64,000 bases of DNA, taken from positions 1,028-65,027 of the forward strand of contig CAYUKQ010000004.1 in the NCBI GenBank assembly GCA_964445355.1. The letters run 5' to 3'. The position numbers and the translations under genes are program-made. This DNA is from an uncultured Gammaproteobacteria bacterium. Its GTDB lineage: Bacteria > Patescibacteriota > Microgenomatia > CAYQLK01. Below the pieces are notes generated by a model that saw nothing but the letters and a program-made list of their open reading frames with translations, searched no databases and was not told the DNA's origin. This document shows, piece after piece, positions 39,391 through 48,896 of the stretch. Numbering within the stretch: position 1 is the stretch's first letter; each line of letters begins with the position of its first letter.

Positions 39391-40213
39391 TGTTGTTTTT
39401 TTCTAAGAAGGGTAGCCAGTCTACCAAAGATCCCCACCCAGATACAAGATACTGCTGAATAATACCAACAACAGAGAAAGTGTTCCAATAAAGAGATAGG
39501 CCGATGGGAAGAGTATAGGAGAAGTAACCAATTAGTAGTGGAAGGATAAAAATCATCTGGCTTTGGGTTTGAGCTAATGTGTCAGCAAAATCCTCTTTGC
39601 TGTTCTTATCTTTTTTGACAGCTTTTTTATCGGTTTTTGCTAATGCCATTTTCGACTGTAACATTTGAAATAAGGCGGTCAATACTGGGACAAGAAGCAA
39701 TAGCACTCCAGCGGTTTGCCACTCGGACGGCTTGGTGTTGAGATGGATATTAAAAAATGAAGTGTCAAGCGGTGAAGTTAGGTGAAGGAATTTAAAATAT
39801 AGAACTTGGTTAAGCTTGTTAATAATTTCTCCGCTACCATCAGAGGACACCAACTGATTAAGTACTTGATACAGAGCGAAGAATATTGGGATTTGAACCA
39901 ACAAGGTAAGGCACCCGGTTGCCGGATTAACTCCATGAGCTTTGTAAAGTTCGGACTGTTTTTGAGCGTGCAGAGTTTTGTCTTTGCCGTGTTTTTTCTT
40001 GAGATCATCGAGGTGCGGTTTGAGCTCGGCCATTTTTTTGGTTTGGTGAAGTTGTTTGCCGGTGAGCGGCCAAACCAGCATGCGAATAAGTAATGTTAGG
40101 GCAAGAATAGCAAAGGCAAGAGGGTAAGGAAAATTCGCAGCCTCAAACAATTTGTAAAAGAAAACCGCGATATTTAGGATCGGATGTATGAGGATTTGGT
40201 TAATAATGTCCAT
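39377..40213 (-). CDS. yidC: membrane protein insertase YidC/Oxa1 family (short Gram-positive type)
   Basis: Conserved YidC core helices and the synteny rnpA-yidD-yidC-jag. Confidence 0.85.
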   Translation of the reverse strand: MDIINQILIHPILNIAVFFYKLFEAANFPYPLAFAILALTLLIRMLVWPLTGKQLHQTKKMAELKPHLDDLKKKHGKDKTLHAQKQSELYKAHGVNPATGCLTLLVQIPIFFALYQVLNQLVSSDGSGEIINKLNQVLYFKFLHLTSPLDTSFFNIHLNTKPSEWQTAGVLLLLVPVLTALFQMLQSKMALAKTDKKAVKKDKNSKEDFADTLAQTQSQMIFILPLLIGYFSYTLPIGLSLYWNTFSVVGIIQQYLVSGWGSLVDWLPFLEKNNNDKK

Positions 40214-40524
40214 TATTTATTTGGCTTTAATAATTTGTATGGCGAATATGATAACTGATGTTTGTTTTTTTTGCTTATTTTGATTGCAGGATCATAACCA
40301 CCAGCAGAGAAGGGGTTACAAGATAACACACGTTTAGTGATCGCCGGAATAGATCGCAGACCGTTAATTTCTAACGATTCGATCGCATAATCTGAACAGG
40401 TAGGAGTGTATCGGCAAACACGATGTGTAAAAAAAATTTTAAAGAAAGAGTGATCGGGCGAAATACTAAGCTGATAGATACGAATGATTGATATTAGTAT
40501 TTTTTTTGAATACTTTGAGCGCAT
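40213..40524 (-). CDS. yidD: membrane protein insertion efficiency factor YidD
   Basis: Conserved Cys motifs (CRYTPTCSDYA...CNPF..GGYDP). Confidence 0.85.
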   Translation of the reverse strand: MRSKYSKKILISIIRIYQLSISPDHSFFKIFFTHRVCRYTPTCSDYAIESLEINGLRSIPAITKRVLSCNPFSAGGYDPAIKISKKNKHQLSYSPYKLLKPNK

Positions 40525-40530
40525 GGGTGT

Positions 40531-40839
40531 TTAAAAATTTAGAAGTATTTTAGAAATCTCTGGTTTGATATCGTTTTGACTAAACTTGGAAAGGTTTGAC
40601 TTTACTAAGATCGCAATTTCTTTTGGGGAACTAATCGTTTGATTCAGCTCCATAAAACATGAAGCGACCAGCCTTCTCGTCCGGTTACGGTCAACAGCGA
40701 GCGGACATGTTTTTTTGGAGATAGTAATGATTATTTTTGTTTTGTCTGCAGGACGATAATTAACAATGAAATTTGCAGTGGAGAGTGAGTGGGGGTAATT
40801 ACGGGAAAATTTCTTTATGCTCAAAGAGCGAGGGATCAT
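40531..40839 (-). CDS. rnpA: ribonuclease P protein component
   Basis: RnpA-like basic sequence with the RNR motif (AVDRNRTRR). Confidence 0.8.
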   Translation of the reverse strand: MIPRSLSIKKFSRNYPHSLSTANFIVNYRPADKTKIIITISKKTCPLAVDRNRTRRLVASCFMELNQTISSPKEIAILVKSNLSKFSQNDIKPEISKILLNF

Positions 40840-40997
40840 TATTTGTGATTAATAACCTTAACAGTTAATGATTTGCGTCCTTTTCTGCGACGTGCCGAAA
40901 GAACCGCACGACCCGCGCGTGTAAGAGAACGCTTAAGAAATCCGTGCTTTCTGGCTCGTTTCTTCTTTTTTGGTTGATATGTTCTTTTGGTTGCCAT
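40839..40997 (-). CDS. rpmH: 50S ribosomal protein L34 (not in the supplied ORF track because it is under 60 aa)
   Basis: Hand translation of the minus strand gives [52 protein letters not shown]. Its stop overlaps the rnpA start by 1 nt. Confidence 0.85.
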   Translation of the reverse strand: MATKRTYQPKKKKRARKHGFLKRSLTRAGRAVLSARRRKGRKSLTVKVINHK

Positions 40998-41057
40998 AGT
41001 TTTGCGTGGGGAATTATATGCGCTAAATACTACCTAATGCAAGCACAAAAAAATGGT

Positions 41058-41156
41058 TTTCCACATGCAACCAAATGCTTGACGATGTGTGGATAAATGC
41101 AATATATTCATATGGCGTTTAAGTGGAAATCAAAACTGTTTGCCCAGTTATTCACG
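41058..41156. promoter_or_regulatory. DnaA-box cluster upstream of dnaA (origin/autoregulatory region)
   Basis: TGTGGATAA at 41088-41096 is a perfect reverse box. TTTTCCACA at 41058-41066 and TTATTCACG at 41148-41156 are near-consensus. Confidence 0.6.
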
Positions 41157-41209
41157 AAAACAAAACACCTCCAAACAAACTATTGGTTGTAGACAAAAAG
41201 ATTAAATCA

Positions 41210-42586
41210 ATGGAGATTGATTCAAAAAAACTTTGGAGCGATGTATTAAAGGATATTAGATCAGAGTTGTCGCCGGCAAACTTCCGGACGTGGTTTAGTG
41301 CAACAAAACTTGAAGTGGTCGATTCTGGGGATGACAAATTCGATTTTAAGGTTTTGGTTTTAAATAATTTTGTTCGCGAGCAAATACAAGCCAGATATTC
41401 CGATCAGATAAAAGACAGAATAGCGAGCAGGTTGAATGATGATGCTTTTAGTTTAACTGTAGAGGTGGGAAGTGATATTAAGGTAAACAAAGGTGAAGAA
41501 AAAAAGGTATCTGAGGAGGTATTTATTCATGAGAATGTAATACAAGAGATAAAGGTCGGTTGGGGTACGGTTAATAATCTGAATCCGAATTTCACGTTTG
41601 AAAAGTTTGTGGTCGGTAACTCGAACAATCTGGCGTTTGCGGCCGCTCAGGCCGTTTCGCAGAGCCCAGGAAGTGTCTATAACCCATTCTTTATTTATGG
41701 CGGAGTTGGGGTTGGGAAAACACACTTAATGCAAGCGGTGGCGAATAGAATATTAGAGAGTAATCCCGGAGTGAGGGTTATTTATACAACTTGCGAAAAA
41801 TTTACAAACGAATTCATTGAATCTATTTCGTCTAAAAACGCGAAAAGTTTTAGGGAAAAGTTCAGACGCAACGATGTCTTAATGATCGACGATATACAAT
41901 TCTTGAGCGGTAAAGAGTCAACCCAAGAGGAATTTTTTCACACCTTTAACGAATTATACGGTGGAGGAAAACAGATCATCCTTACTTCCGACAGACACCC
42001 GTCTTCACTTGGAAAAATTGAGGATAGATTAGTATCAAGGTTTTTGGGTGGTCTAACAGTAGATATTGGTAACCCCGATTTTGAAATGAGGGTAGCGATC
42101 ATTAATCAAAAAATAAAAGCTAAAAGCCTAAATTTGTCTCCTGAAATTGTGGATATCATCGCCTCAAAAGTGGATAAAAACACCAGAGAGCTCGAAGGAG
42201 TGTTGACAGGTATCATTTCCCTGGCTTCACTCAAAGGTCAGGATATAGATGTGGATATCGTTAAAAAATTCTTTGGAATCCAAAACGAAACAAGGAGAAC
42301 GAAGCCGATTACCCCAAGAAGAGTAATATCGGTCGTGGGTAGTAAAACCAAAATTTCTACAGGTGATATTTTAGGTAAGAACAGGCAGAAGGATCTAGTT
42401 ATGGCCAGGCAGATAGTAATGTATTTACTCAGGGAGGAATTTAAGTTTTCTCTGGTATCAATAGGTGAGTCGCTTGGAGGAAGGGACCATACAACAATCA
42501 TGCATGGAGTAGAGAAGATAAAATCAGATATTAAGTCGGATGTTAATTTAAGAGAATTGGTTTTAGATATAAATAACACCTTATGA
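41210..42586 (+). CDS. dnaA: chromosomal replication initiator DnaA
   Basis: Canonical N-terminus (MEIDSKKLWSDVLKDIRSEL), Walker A (GGVGVGKTHL) and a C-terminal DNA-binding domain. The ORF-track start at 41123 is a GTG that adds 29 aa and covers a DnaA-box-like site, so the ATG at 41210 is preferred. Confidence 0.9.
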   Translation: MEIDSKKLWSDVLKDIRSELSPANFRTWFSATKLEVVDSGDDKFDFKVLVLNNFVREQIQARYSDQIKDRIASRLNDDAFSLTVEVGSDIKVNKGEEKKVSEEVFIHENVIQEIKVGWGTVNNLNPNFTFEKFVVGNSNNLAFAAAQAVSQSPGSVYNPFFIYGGVGVGKTHLMQAVANRILESNPGVRVIYTTCEKFTNEFIESISSKNAKSFREKFRRNDVLMIDDIQFLSGKESTQEEFFHTFNELYGGGKQIILTSDRHPSSLGKIEDRLVSRFLGGLTVDIGNPDFEMRVAIINQKIKAKSLNLSPEIVDIIASKVDKNTRELEGVLTGIISLASLKGQDIDVDIVKKFFGIQNETRRTKPITPRRVISVVGSKTKISTGDILGKNRQKDLVMARQIVMYLLREEFKFSLVSIGESLGGRDHTTIMHGVEKIKSDIKSDVNLRELVLDINNTL

Positions 42587-42831
42587 GTTGTACACAACTA
42601 TCTATGGATTATCCACAATTTTATCCACATAAGTTAATTGTTTTTACAGACAAAATAAACCCAAAAATAAGAATAAACTTATGGGGTATAATTTAATATT
42701 AGATTATTGTAATAGTACGATGTTAATTTTCGACAGTTATTTTATGCCTGATTTACACGTGAAATTACACATATCTACAGAGTATATTACTAACGATTAC
42801 TGTTTAAATAAATAAAAAATAATTAAAACAT
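42587..42831. promoter_or_regulatory. oriC candidate: dnaA-dnaN intergenic region with two perfect direct DnaA boxes and an AT-rich unwinding region
   Basis: TTATCCACA at 42609-42617 and 42621-42629, followed by about 200 nt that are very AT-rich. Confidence 0.7.
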
Positions 42832-43962
42832 ATGACACAAACAAAGATAGGTTTTTCAGTTAAACAGGAAAATTTCGTTCAAGCTCTACAATTAGTTCTG
42901 AGGGTTGTTACTTCAAAAATAACCTTACCGATACTTAATAATTTTTTGATCGAAGTTGAGTCAGGGAAAATTATTGTGTCATCAACGAATCTTGATGTAG
43001 CAATATCAGTTACAGTTACTGCAACAAATACCCAAATTGGGAAAATTGCCGTACCAGGGAAGATATTAAATGATCTTGTTTCAACACTTAACCCAGGTGA
43101 TCTTGAACTCGAGGTGGTTGACGGAATCGGATCTTTAGTTTCGGGAAAATTTGCCGCAAAAATTAATACCGCCCCCGTTGATGATTATCCAGTGATCCCT
43201 TCAGAATCAGGTGAAGCTAGGGTGGAAATTCCATCAAAATTATTATCTTCGACGATAAACCGGGTTGAGTTTGCGGCTGCGCTTGATGAATCCAGACCGA
43301 TTTTGGCAGGGGTATTGTTTGATTTGTCGGAAAAAGGGATTGAATTGGTAGCGACGGACGGATACAGATTATCTCACGCAAAATTCGAAGGTGATTTTGA
43401 AAGCAGTCCGATTAGAGTTGTTATTCCAGCAAGAACGCTTCAGGAGGTATCAAAGATCTCTGTGTTGGGTGATATGGTTGGTGTTTGGTTGTCGGAGAAT
43501 GATAAACAGGTGGTTTTTAAGGTTGGTAATGTAAAAGTTGTTTCTAGGATAATCGAGGGTGAATATCCGAACTGGAGAAAGATCGTTCCTGAGTCATTTA
43601 CTACAAAGATGTTGGTTGATAGAGATGATTTTGCAAAAGCACTTACTCAAGCTGCGGTTTTTGCTAAGGAATCGGGTAATGTTGTGAAAATAAGTCTTGG
43701 TGAAGGATTAGGTATGGTGGTCTCTTCTGTTTCGAGAGAGTTGGGAGAAGAGAAAAACGAGATCGAGGGAGAGATGACTGGTCCGGCAGGTGAAATAGCA
43801 TTTAATTGGCGGTATTTGAATGATTTTTTGAGTGTTTGTTCATCGGAAAAGTTTAATCTGGAGATGTTGGAAAGTTTGAAGCCTGGAAAATTTACTTTTG
43901 ATAAAGACGAATCTGGTATTGAATTTATGCATATCATTATGCCTGTTAGACTACAGGAGTAA
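42832..43962 (+). CDS. dnaN: DNA polymerase III beta sliding clamp
   Basis: 376 aa with a conserved N-terminus (FSVKQENFVQALQLV) and three-domain length. Confidence 0.9.
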   Translation: MTQTKIGFSVKQENFVQALQLVLRVVTSKITLPILNNFLIEVESGKIIVSSTNLDVAISVTVTATNTQIGKIAVPGKILNDLVSTLNPGDLELEVVDGIGSLVSGKFAAKINTAPVDDYPVIPSESGEARVEIPSKLLSSTINRVEFAAALDESRPILAGVLFDLSEKGIELVATDGYRLSHAKFEGDFESSPIRVVIPARTLQEVSKISVLGDMVGVWLSENDKQVVFKVGNVKVVSRIIEGEYPNWRKIVPESFTTKMLVDRDDFAKALTQAAVFAKESGNVVKISLGEGLGMVVSSVSRELGEEKNEIEGEMTGPAGEIAFNWRYLNDFLSVCSSEKFNLEMLESLKPGKFTFDKDESGIEFMHIIMPVRLQE

Positions 43963-43973
43963 AAATAGATTTT

Positions 43974-44294
43974 TTGGGTCGTATGGCGGGTTTTGAAAAA
44001 GTAGATAGTCTGATTAAGCAGTTTCGTTTTAATAGCACCGAAAAACGGGCATTGGGGGCCTTACAGGTGGTTTCTAAATCTCAACCGGTGGTTGATAAAT
44101 GGGTAAAAAATAAATACGGAGAAAAAATCGTGGTTAGAGTGTCGCAGTTTAATGACGGAAAATTAGTGTTACTGGTAGGTAATGTTGTGGAGTTGGTTGA
44201 AATAAGAAAAAATGCTGAAGGGTTAAGAAGAAGGTTGAATCGAGTTTTATCAAGTAATTTGATCAAATCGATCACGGTGCGAGTGGAAAGATAA
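43974..44294 (+). CDS. DUF721-family protein (DciA-like, dnaN-associated)
   Basis: 106 aa in the typical position after dnaN, with a DUF721-like pattern (GKLVLLVGNVVELVEIR...LRRRLN). Confidence 0.5.
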   Translation: MGRMAGFEKVDSLIKQFRFNSTEKRALGALQVVSKSQPVVDKWVKNKYGEKIVVRVSQFNDGKLVLLVGNVVELVEIRKNAEGLRRRLNRVLSSNLIKSITVRVER

Positions 44295-44297
44295 AGT

Positions 44298-45314
44298 TTA
44301 GTTTGTTGCTTCTACGTTCAGAGTGATAAGGTATTCCTGATTATCTTTAGAGATTGCTGTGCCTGAGAATGTAAAGAAAGGGTAAATAGTTTGAGGGTTT
44401 TTGGTGGTTGGAAAAAAGTAGCTTGTTTGGACAGAAGTGATATTGATGTTTTTGTAGTTACTTGTGTAATAAGCTTCCTCCTCGTCTTTTGTTCCAGATA
44501 ATTTACGGATCTGTGTAATTGTGGATTGGTTTTTAGCTAGTTTGCTTACGGCTTGTTCCAGAGAAATTAACTGGACAGTGGTAGTGGGATTGTAGGTGAA
44601 TACAACAAGCGAAAAGCTGGTAATTGATCCTGATTTGTCGAAAGTAATTGAACCAACCGATGTGTTTGGGGTACGGTCTGTGGCCAAAAAAACCGTTTCG
44701 TGTTTGGTGGTAATGTCAAAACTGATCGTGTCAGCCAGATCAAAACTATCGACTGTTTGATCATTAAGATTGGTCGAGCGATAAAATTGCGGCGCAGAAA
44801 GTTGTAAGTTGGAATTATTACCCACTTTATTTAAGGTGTTTTGAGCTTGATCGGTAATTAGTTCTAGGGTAGAGATTTGCTGGTTGGTTTGGGGGTTGCG
44901 GTAAGTAATAGTAAGATCGTCGATCGTTAATGTTCTGTTTTGGTTAATGTAAACTTTTCGAGTGCCAAGGTCTGTTTGGAGTTCGCGAAAATCTGCTGGG
45001 TCGAAGTTGAACATATTTGCAATATTGTCGGAAGCGATTGGGGTTTTGGTAATCGATAATATTCCTAATGATTTCGGTGGAGTGTAACTGTAGACATCTG
45101 GGTCGATTTGGTATTTTTGTGGTTTATTTGCAAAGGGATCATTAACTGGTTTCGATGATTCAGGAATTGAACTGGTTTTGGTTGGTTCGGGCTTAGTTGG
45201 TTGAGTGTTTGGGTTGAATATTAAATAAAGAAAAATAAAGATTATTAGAAAGACACCAAAAAAGATAAATATCCAAAAATTCTTTAGTTTAGCCCTAAGT
45301 TGTGTAAGCGTCAT
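44298..45314 (-). CDS. membrane-anchored extracytoplasmic protein (hypothetical; last gene of the T4SS-like block)
   Basis: N-terminal TM followed by a T/N/Q-rich, beta-rich domain. Confidence 0.4.
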   Translation of the reverse strand: MTLTQLRAKLKNFWIFIFFGVFLIIFIFLYLIFNPNTQPTKPEPTKTSSIPESSKPVNDPFANKPQKYQIDPDVYSYTPPKSLGILSITKTPIASDNIANMFNFDPADFRELQTDLGTRKVYINQNRTLTIDDLTITYRNPQTNQQISTLELITDQAQNTLNKVGNNSNLQLSAPQFYRSTNLNDQTVDSFDLADTISFDITTKHETVFLATDRTPNTSVGSITFDKSGSITSFSLVVFTYNPTTTVQLISLEQAVSKLAKNQSTITQIRKLSGTKDEEEAYYTSNYKNINITSVQTSYFFPTTKNPQTIYPFFTFSGTAISKDNQEYLITLNVEATN

Positions 45315-45320
45315 ATATTT

Positions 45321-48300
45321 TTAGTTTACTGCAGCGCAACTGCCTGAACACCCCCGGACATCGACAGGAATGTATGGCGGCTCCATTCGGAGGCCTCGAA
45401 ATTCATAGTGAAGATGTGTGCCTCTAACATCAGGAGGAAGTATATATCCCGTGAATCCCTCATAACCAACTATTTGACCTTTAGTTATTACGGCTCCGAC
45501 TTCGATGCCTGGGCCAAACGAATCCATATGACCATAGATTGCTCTGAAGGATGTGCCGTTGCAGGTACCGCTTAGGATGACTGTTAAGCCGGTTCGGCCG
45601 GTGATCGGATGGTTACCAGCCGGATCTGTGTATTTATACTCAACAACTCCATTAAACGTGGCCAGTAAGCTATCGGTGTAGAAAGTAGCAACATCTATGG
45701 CTTCGAGAGATGAGTGTGAAACCAACCCTCCCGGTCCTTGTGTGACATTGCCTGATCCAGCCGCGGGCCAGCCCGACGGACAGTCTCCGGCGGGTGTGCC
45801 AATAAAGACTGATGAAAGGTCGTTTGCAGAGGAAGAAACCGAGTTGGTAAATCCTCCTCCAGGTGCCGGGATGGGGATTATGTTGGGGTCAAATGATTTA
45901 AAACTGATTGAAAATTTATTACTAATACTTGAGTCCTGAAAAATTGTCTCGTTCGGAATTGGAAGATCGTATGAAATACTGGCTGTTTGATTTGGATTGA
46001 GAGTGGTTGGACAGTTGATGGTTGGGCTGGTTAGGTTGCGAATATTTCCGGATTTAGTTACGTGGGTGATTGTATCAGTGCAGACAATATCGTAGATGGG
46101 TTGGTTTTGGGCACTAATATTGACAGTGTAGGTGACGGTTTGGGGAAGATCCGAATTTTCTAGTTTGATGGTTTTAGCGGGTCCGAGAGATTTAGCGTTA
46201 ACGCTGGCAAGCTTTTGAATTTGTATGTAAGTGTTTGATGTTTCACCTTCTGTAGCGTCACCAGGTAAAACGATTTGTTCCGGAAGGCTTGGGTTGGTAA
46301 ATAAAGCAGAAGAGACTGTGCTGTAGCTTAATATGGAAAATGTGGTAATACTCCCAACTGTGGCGGTCGGGATCAGGACAGCAGGGTTGGTTGCTACACC
46401 TACAAGTGCGTTAGTGCCACTGCTAACAAGTCCACCAATTGCTGATGCACCAGGAATTCCGCTAATAAAACCACCGACGGCCCCCGCAGCAGACCAGGTA
46501 AACGATGCAGCTGCTGCACCCGCCGACCAAATCGCTGAGGCTGCACCAGTGGCCCACCCTGAAACTGCCCCCCAAATCTTGGGAAGGTAAAACATAAGAT
46601 TATTAACAACTGTGGCGTAACCGGGGAAGTGGTTATAAAGCCAGACAGATGCTGTTCCACCAAGGAAACCGCCGATTAATGCACCTACTGGCCCACCGAG
46701 CGCGAACCCGATCGCTGCACCAACAGCGAATCCAACCGCAAAAGCGACGATGTTGGCAAGTATCCAAAGAAGGAACATGTAAGCGAGGAAAGCGAGGGTT
46801 GCGAGAATATAGGCGATCTGTTTTTTGTATTTTGCTGCCAGCATTAACCCGGCCTGCACAAGCAGCGAAATACCTCCGGTGCCAGCGCCGACGGCTGCAG
46901 AAATACCCAGTTTTGCTCCAACTTTTAGTGCGCCTTTTTTAGCAAATCCTTTGAGTTTGCCTTTGGCCCGACCGGCTGAAAATTTTTGTGAGAAGGAGAA
47001 AAATGATTTTTTTGGTATAAAATTGGCCGATCGAGTGATGGTTTGTCCGGCGGGGCTTTGAGAATAGTATGAACGGGAAAAATTACCCATTCTCCATACA
47101 GAATGTTTTTTGGGGGCATTAAACTCTGGAATCTGTTCATATAATTCCAGTTCGTCAGAGTAGTTTTTTAGGAGAATGGATTGACCAACGCTTATAGATT
47201 CCTGCTCATTTATTTCCCGAATCGATCTGGACAAAAAGGATCTTCTCTCTGGATTAGGGTTAAGACTTGCGGACAAAAACTCTTCATAACTTTGCTGTTG
47301 TCTTTTAGGATTATCCATGAGCGAGGCAAATGCGTGATTTTCGGCGGCGGTGATTTCTGAAGATTCAGCCTGATATTGTCCTTGAGAGTAAATATTGACA
47401 GGCTGAAGAATTTCGTGACTGACGACATCGGTAACGAAGCGGGGGGCTGCTAAGGTAAGAAGTGTTTTGTCGTCAAGTTTTGAGTCGAGGTGTTTGAGGT
47501 AATTCTGGTAGCTGTTTTCTTCTGCGGAGCGAAGATTCTGAAGGAGACTTTGTGGGTTAAGAGGGATGTTCTTATCAAAATCTTCCTGTGTGTTTTGAAT
47601 GATTTGATTGGCAATGTTGGGTAGGTATATTTGGTGAATTGCTTCAGAGATAATTTGTTTGTTTTTTGCTGTAGCTGTTTCCGGGTTGATTTTTAATCCA
47701 GTGTCGATTGCTTTGTCGATGATTTGTGAGTGTGTTGATGGAGATGATTGGGGATCGGCTAGTGTGGAGATTAGGAGAATTTGTGATGCGGTATTGGCTT
47801 GGGTTACCGCTGGATGATTGGTTTCAGATACTTGGTCGACTGCGACTAAAAAGTCATCAGACTTGGTCAATTTTTTGGCGCCGTCTGTGGTCTCGGGTTC
47901 TTTGAGCGAATGTTCGTAGATTTCCGACGCCAAAACGGGCGACAATTCCTGGTAGTCGGCTGTGTGAGTGGAATAAATGATCTGGGTCGCGACATTGTTG
48001 GCGATTTTTCCAGCGATACGTTGTTGGTTGGCTGCGTCGATTTTGGCCTTGAACAGCGTGGCTGAGATGGCTGGTGATTGGATAAGTTGAGTGATGGCGT
48101 TGGTGAGTTCGGTGTGTGTGAGTGTGACTGTATCCTCGAGTTTTTTAGTTGTGGATCTGGTCGAACTTGATGAAGGTTTTGGATTAGCTGGCTCACCAGA
48201 TTGTTTTGAGGGTGATTTGGAGCTATTGTTGGGCAGGGTAATAATTCGAGTGGTCGTTTGGGGTAAGGTAATGGGTTGCTGGATCGGTAGGGGGGCGGTT

Positions 48301-48836
48301 GGGTTTACTGATTGAGGTGTTTGGGTCGTGGGGATTGGATTAGTAATCTTAATTGTTTTTGGTAGTTCGATAGGGGTGGGAGGGGTTTGGTTATTTTGTC
48401 GAATTTGTTTAATAGCGTTGTCGACTTCTTCAATAACCCCAGCGCTGCTAAGTGTGCGTGTTTGGGTTGGAGAATCCGGGTTTTGGAGTTTGTGAATAAT
48501 AGGAATGACAGATTGGTTGGTTAGTTCAAACTCTTTTAGATTGGCTTGAATTAGGGTGGTAAAGATTTGTTTAAGGACAAGGATGTTTTGGCCGATGTTT
48601 ATAATTTCGTATTTGTCGGCAATATTCTGGATAGTGATTAGCGTTTGTTCATAGCTTGCGTCTGGGAATAAATCTTTGAATTGTTCGTTAAACTCTTTCT
48701 CGCTTGGGAAGCGGGGTGGTTGACCGTCTTTGGGTGATTTTTCAAAAAAATCTAAAACCCAATCAGCTAAACGAAATTGGAGTAATTGGTCAATGGCGGT
48801 TTTGGGTTTGGATGGTTCAACCTGACTTGTTGACAT
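45321..48836 (-). CDS. giant polytopic membrane protein with a C-terminal M23/LytM peptidase domain (PrgK-like T4SS-associated cell-wall hydrolase candidate)
   Basis: 1171 aa with a P/T/Q-rich N-terminus and a central Gly/Ala-rich multi-TM region. The C-terminus has HxxxD...HLHYE (GYEGFTGY...GTHLHYEF). Confidence 0.6.
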   Translation of the reverse strand: MSTSQVEPSKPKTAIDQLLQFRLADWVLDFFEKSPKDGQPPRFPSEKEFNEQFKDLFPDASYEQTLITIQNIADKYEIINIGQNILVLKQIFTTLIQANLKEFELTNQSVIPIIHKLQNPDSPTQTRTLSSAGVIEEVDNAIKQIRQNNQTPPTPIELPKTIKITNPIPTTQTPQSVNPTAPLPIQQPITLPQTTTRIITLPNNSSKSPSKQSGEPANPKPSSSSTRSTTKKLEDTVTLTHTELTNAITQLIQSPAISATLFKAKIDAANQQRIAGKIANNVATQIIYSTHTADYQELSPVLASEIYEHSLKEPETTDGAKKLTKSDDFLVAVDQVSETNHPAVTQANTASQILLISTLADPQSSPSTHSQIIDKAIDTGLKINPETATAKNKQIISEAIHQIYLPNIANQIIQNTQEDFDKNIPLNPQSLLQNLRSAEENSYQNYLKHLDSKLDDKTLLTLAAPRFVTDVVSHEILQPVNIYSQGQYQAESSEITAAENHAFASLMDNPKRQQQSYEEFLSASLNPNPERRSFLSRSIREINEQESISVGQSILLKNYSDELELYEQIPEFNAPKKHSVWRMGNFSRSYYSQSPAGQTITRSANFIPKKSFFSFSQKFSAGRAKGKLKGFAKKGALKVGAKLGISAAVGAGTGGISLLVQAGLMLAAKYKKQIAYILATLAFLAYMFLLWILANIVAFAVGFAVGAAIGFALGGPVGALIGGFLGGTASVWLYNHFPGYATVVNNLMFYLPKIWGAVSGWATGAASAIWSAGAAAASFTWSAAGAVGGFISGIPGASAIGGLVSSGTNALVGVATNPAVLIPTATVGSITTFSILSYSTVSSALFTNPSLPEQIVLPGDATEGETSNTYIQIQKLASVNAKSLGPAKTIKLENSDLPQTVTYTVNISAQNQPIYDIVCTDTITHVTKSGNIRNLTSPTINCPTTLNPNQTASISYDLPIPNETIFQDSSISNKFSISFKSFDPNIIPIPAPGGGFTNSVSSSANDLSSVFIGTPAGDCPSGWPAAGSGNVTQGPGGLVSHSSLEAIDVATFYTDSLLATFNGVVEYKYTDPAGNHPITGRTGLTVILSGTCNGTSFRAIYGHMDSFGPGIEVGAVITKGQIVGYEGFTGYILPPDVRGTHLHYEFRGLRMEPPYIPVDVRGCSGSCAAVN

Positions 48837-48896
48837 TATTAACTAATAATAAACCTTGTTAGGCGAAATATTCCGAGGCTGTTTAACATAAGCGAG

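Noticed and set aside
46333-47140. A cluster of antisense ORFs lies inside the 1171-aa M23 membrane protein gene.
   Set aside because: They arise from GC-rich Gly/Ala codons of the membrane domain on the other strand. They have Arg/Pro/Gln-rich low-complexity translations and no independent signals.
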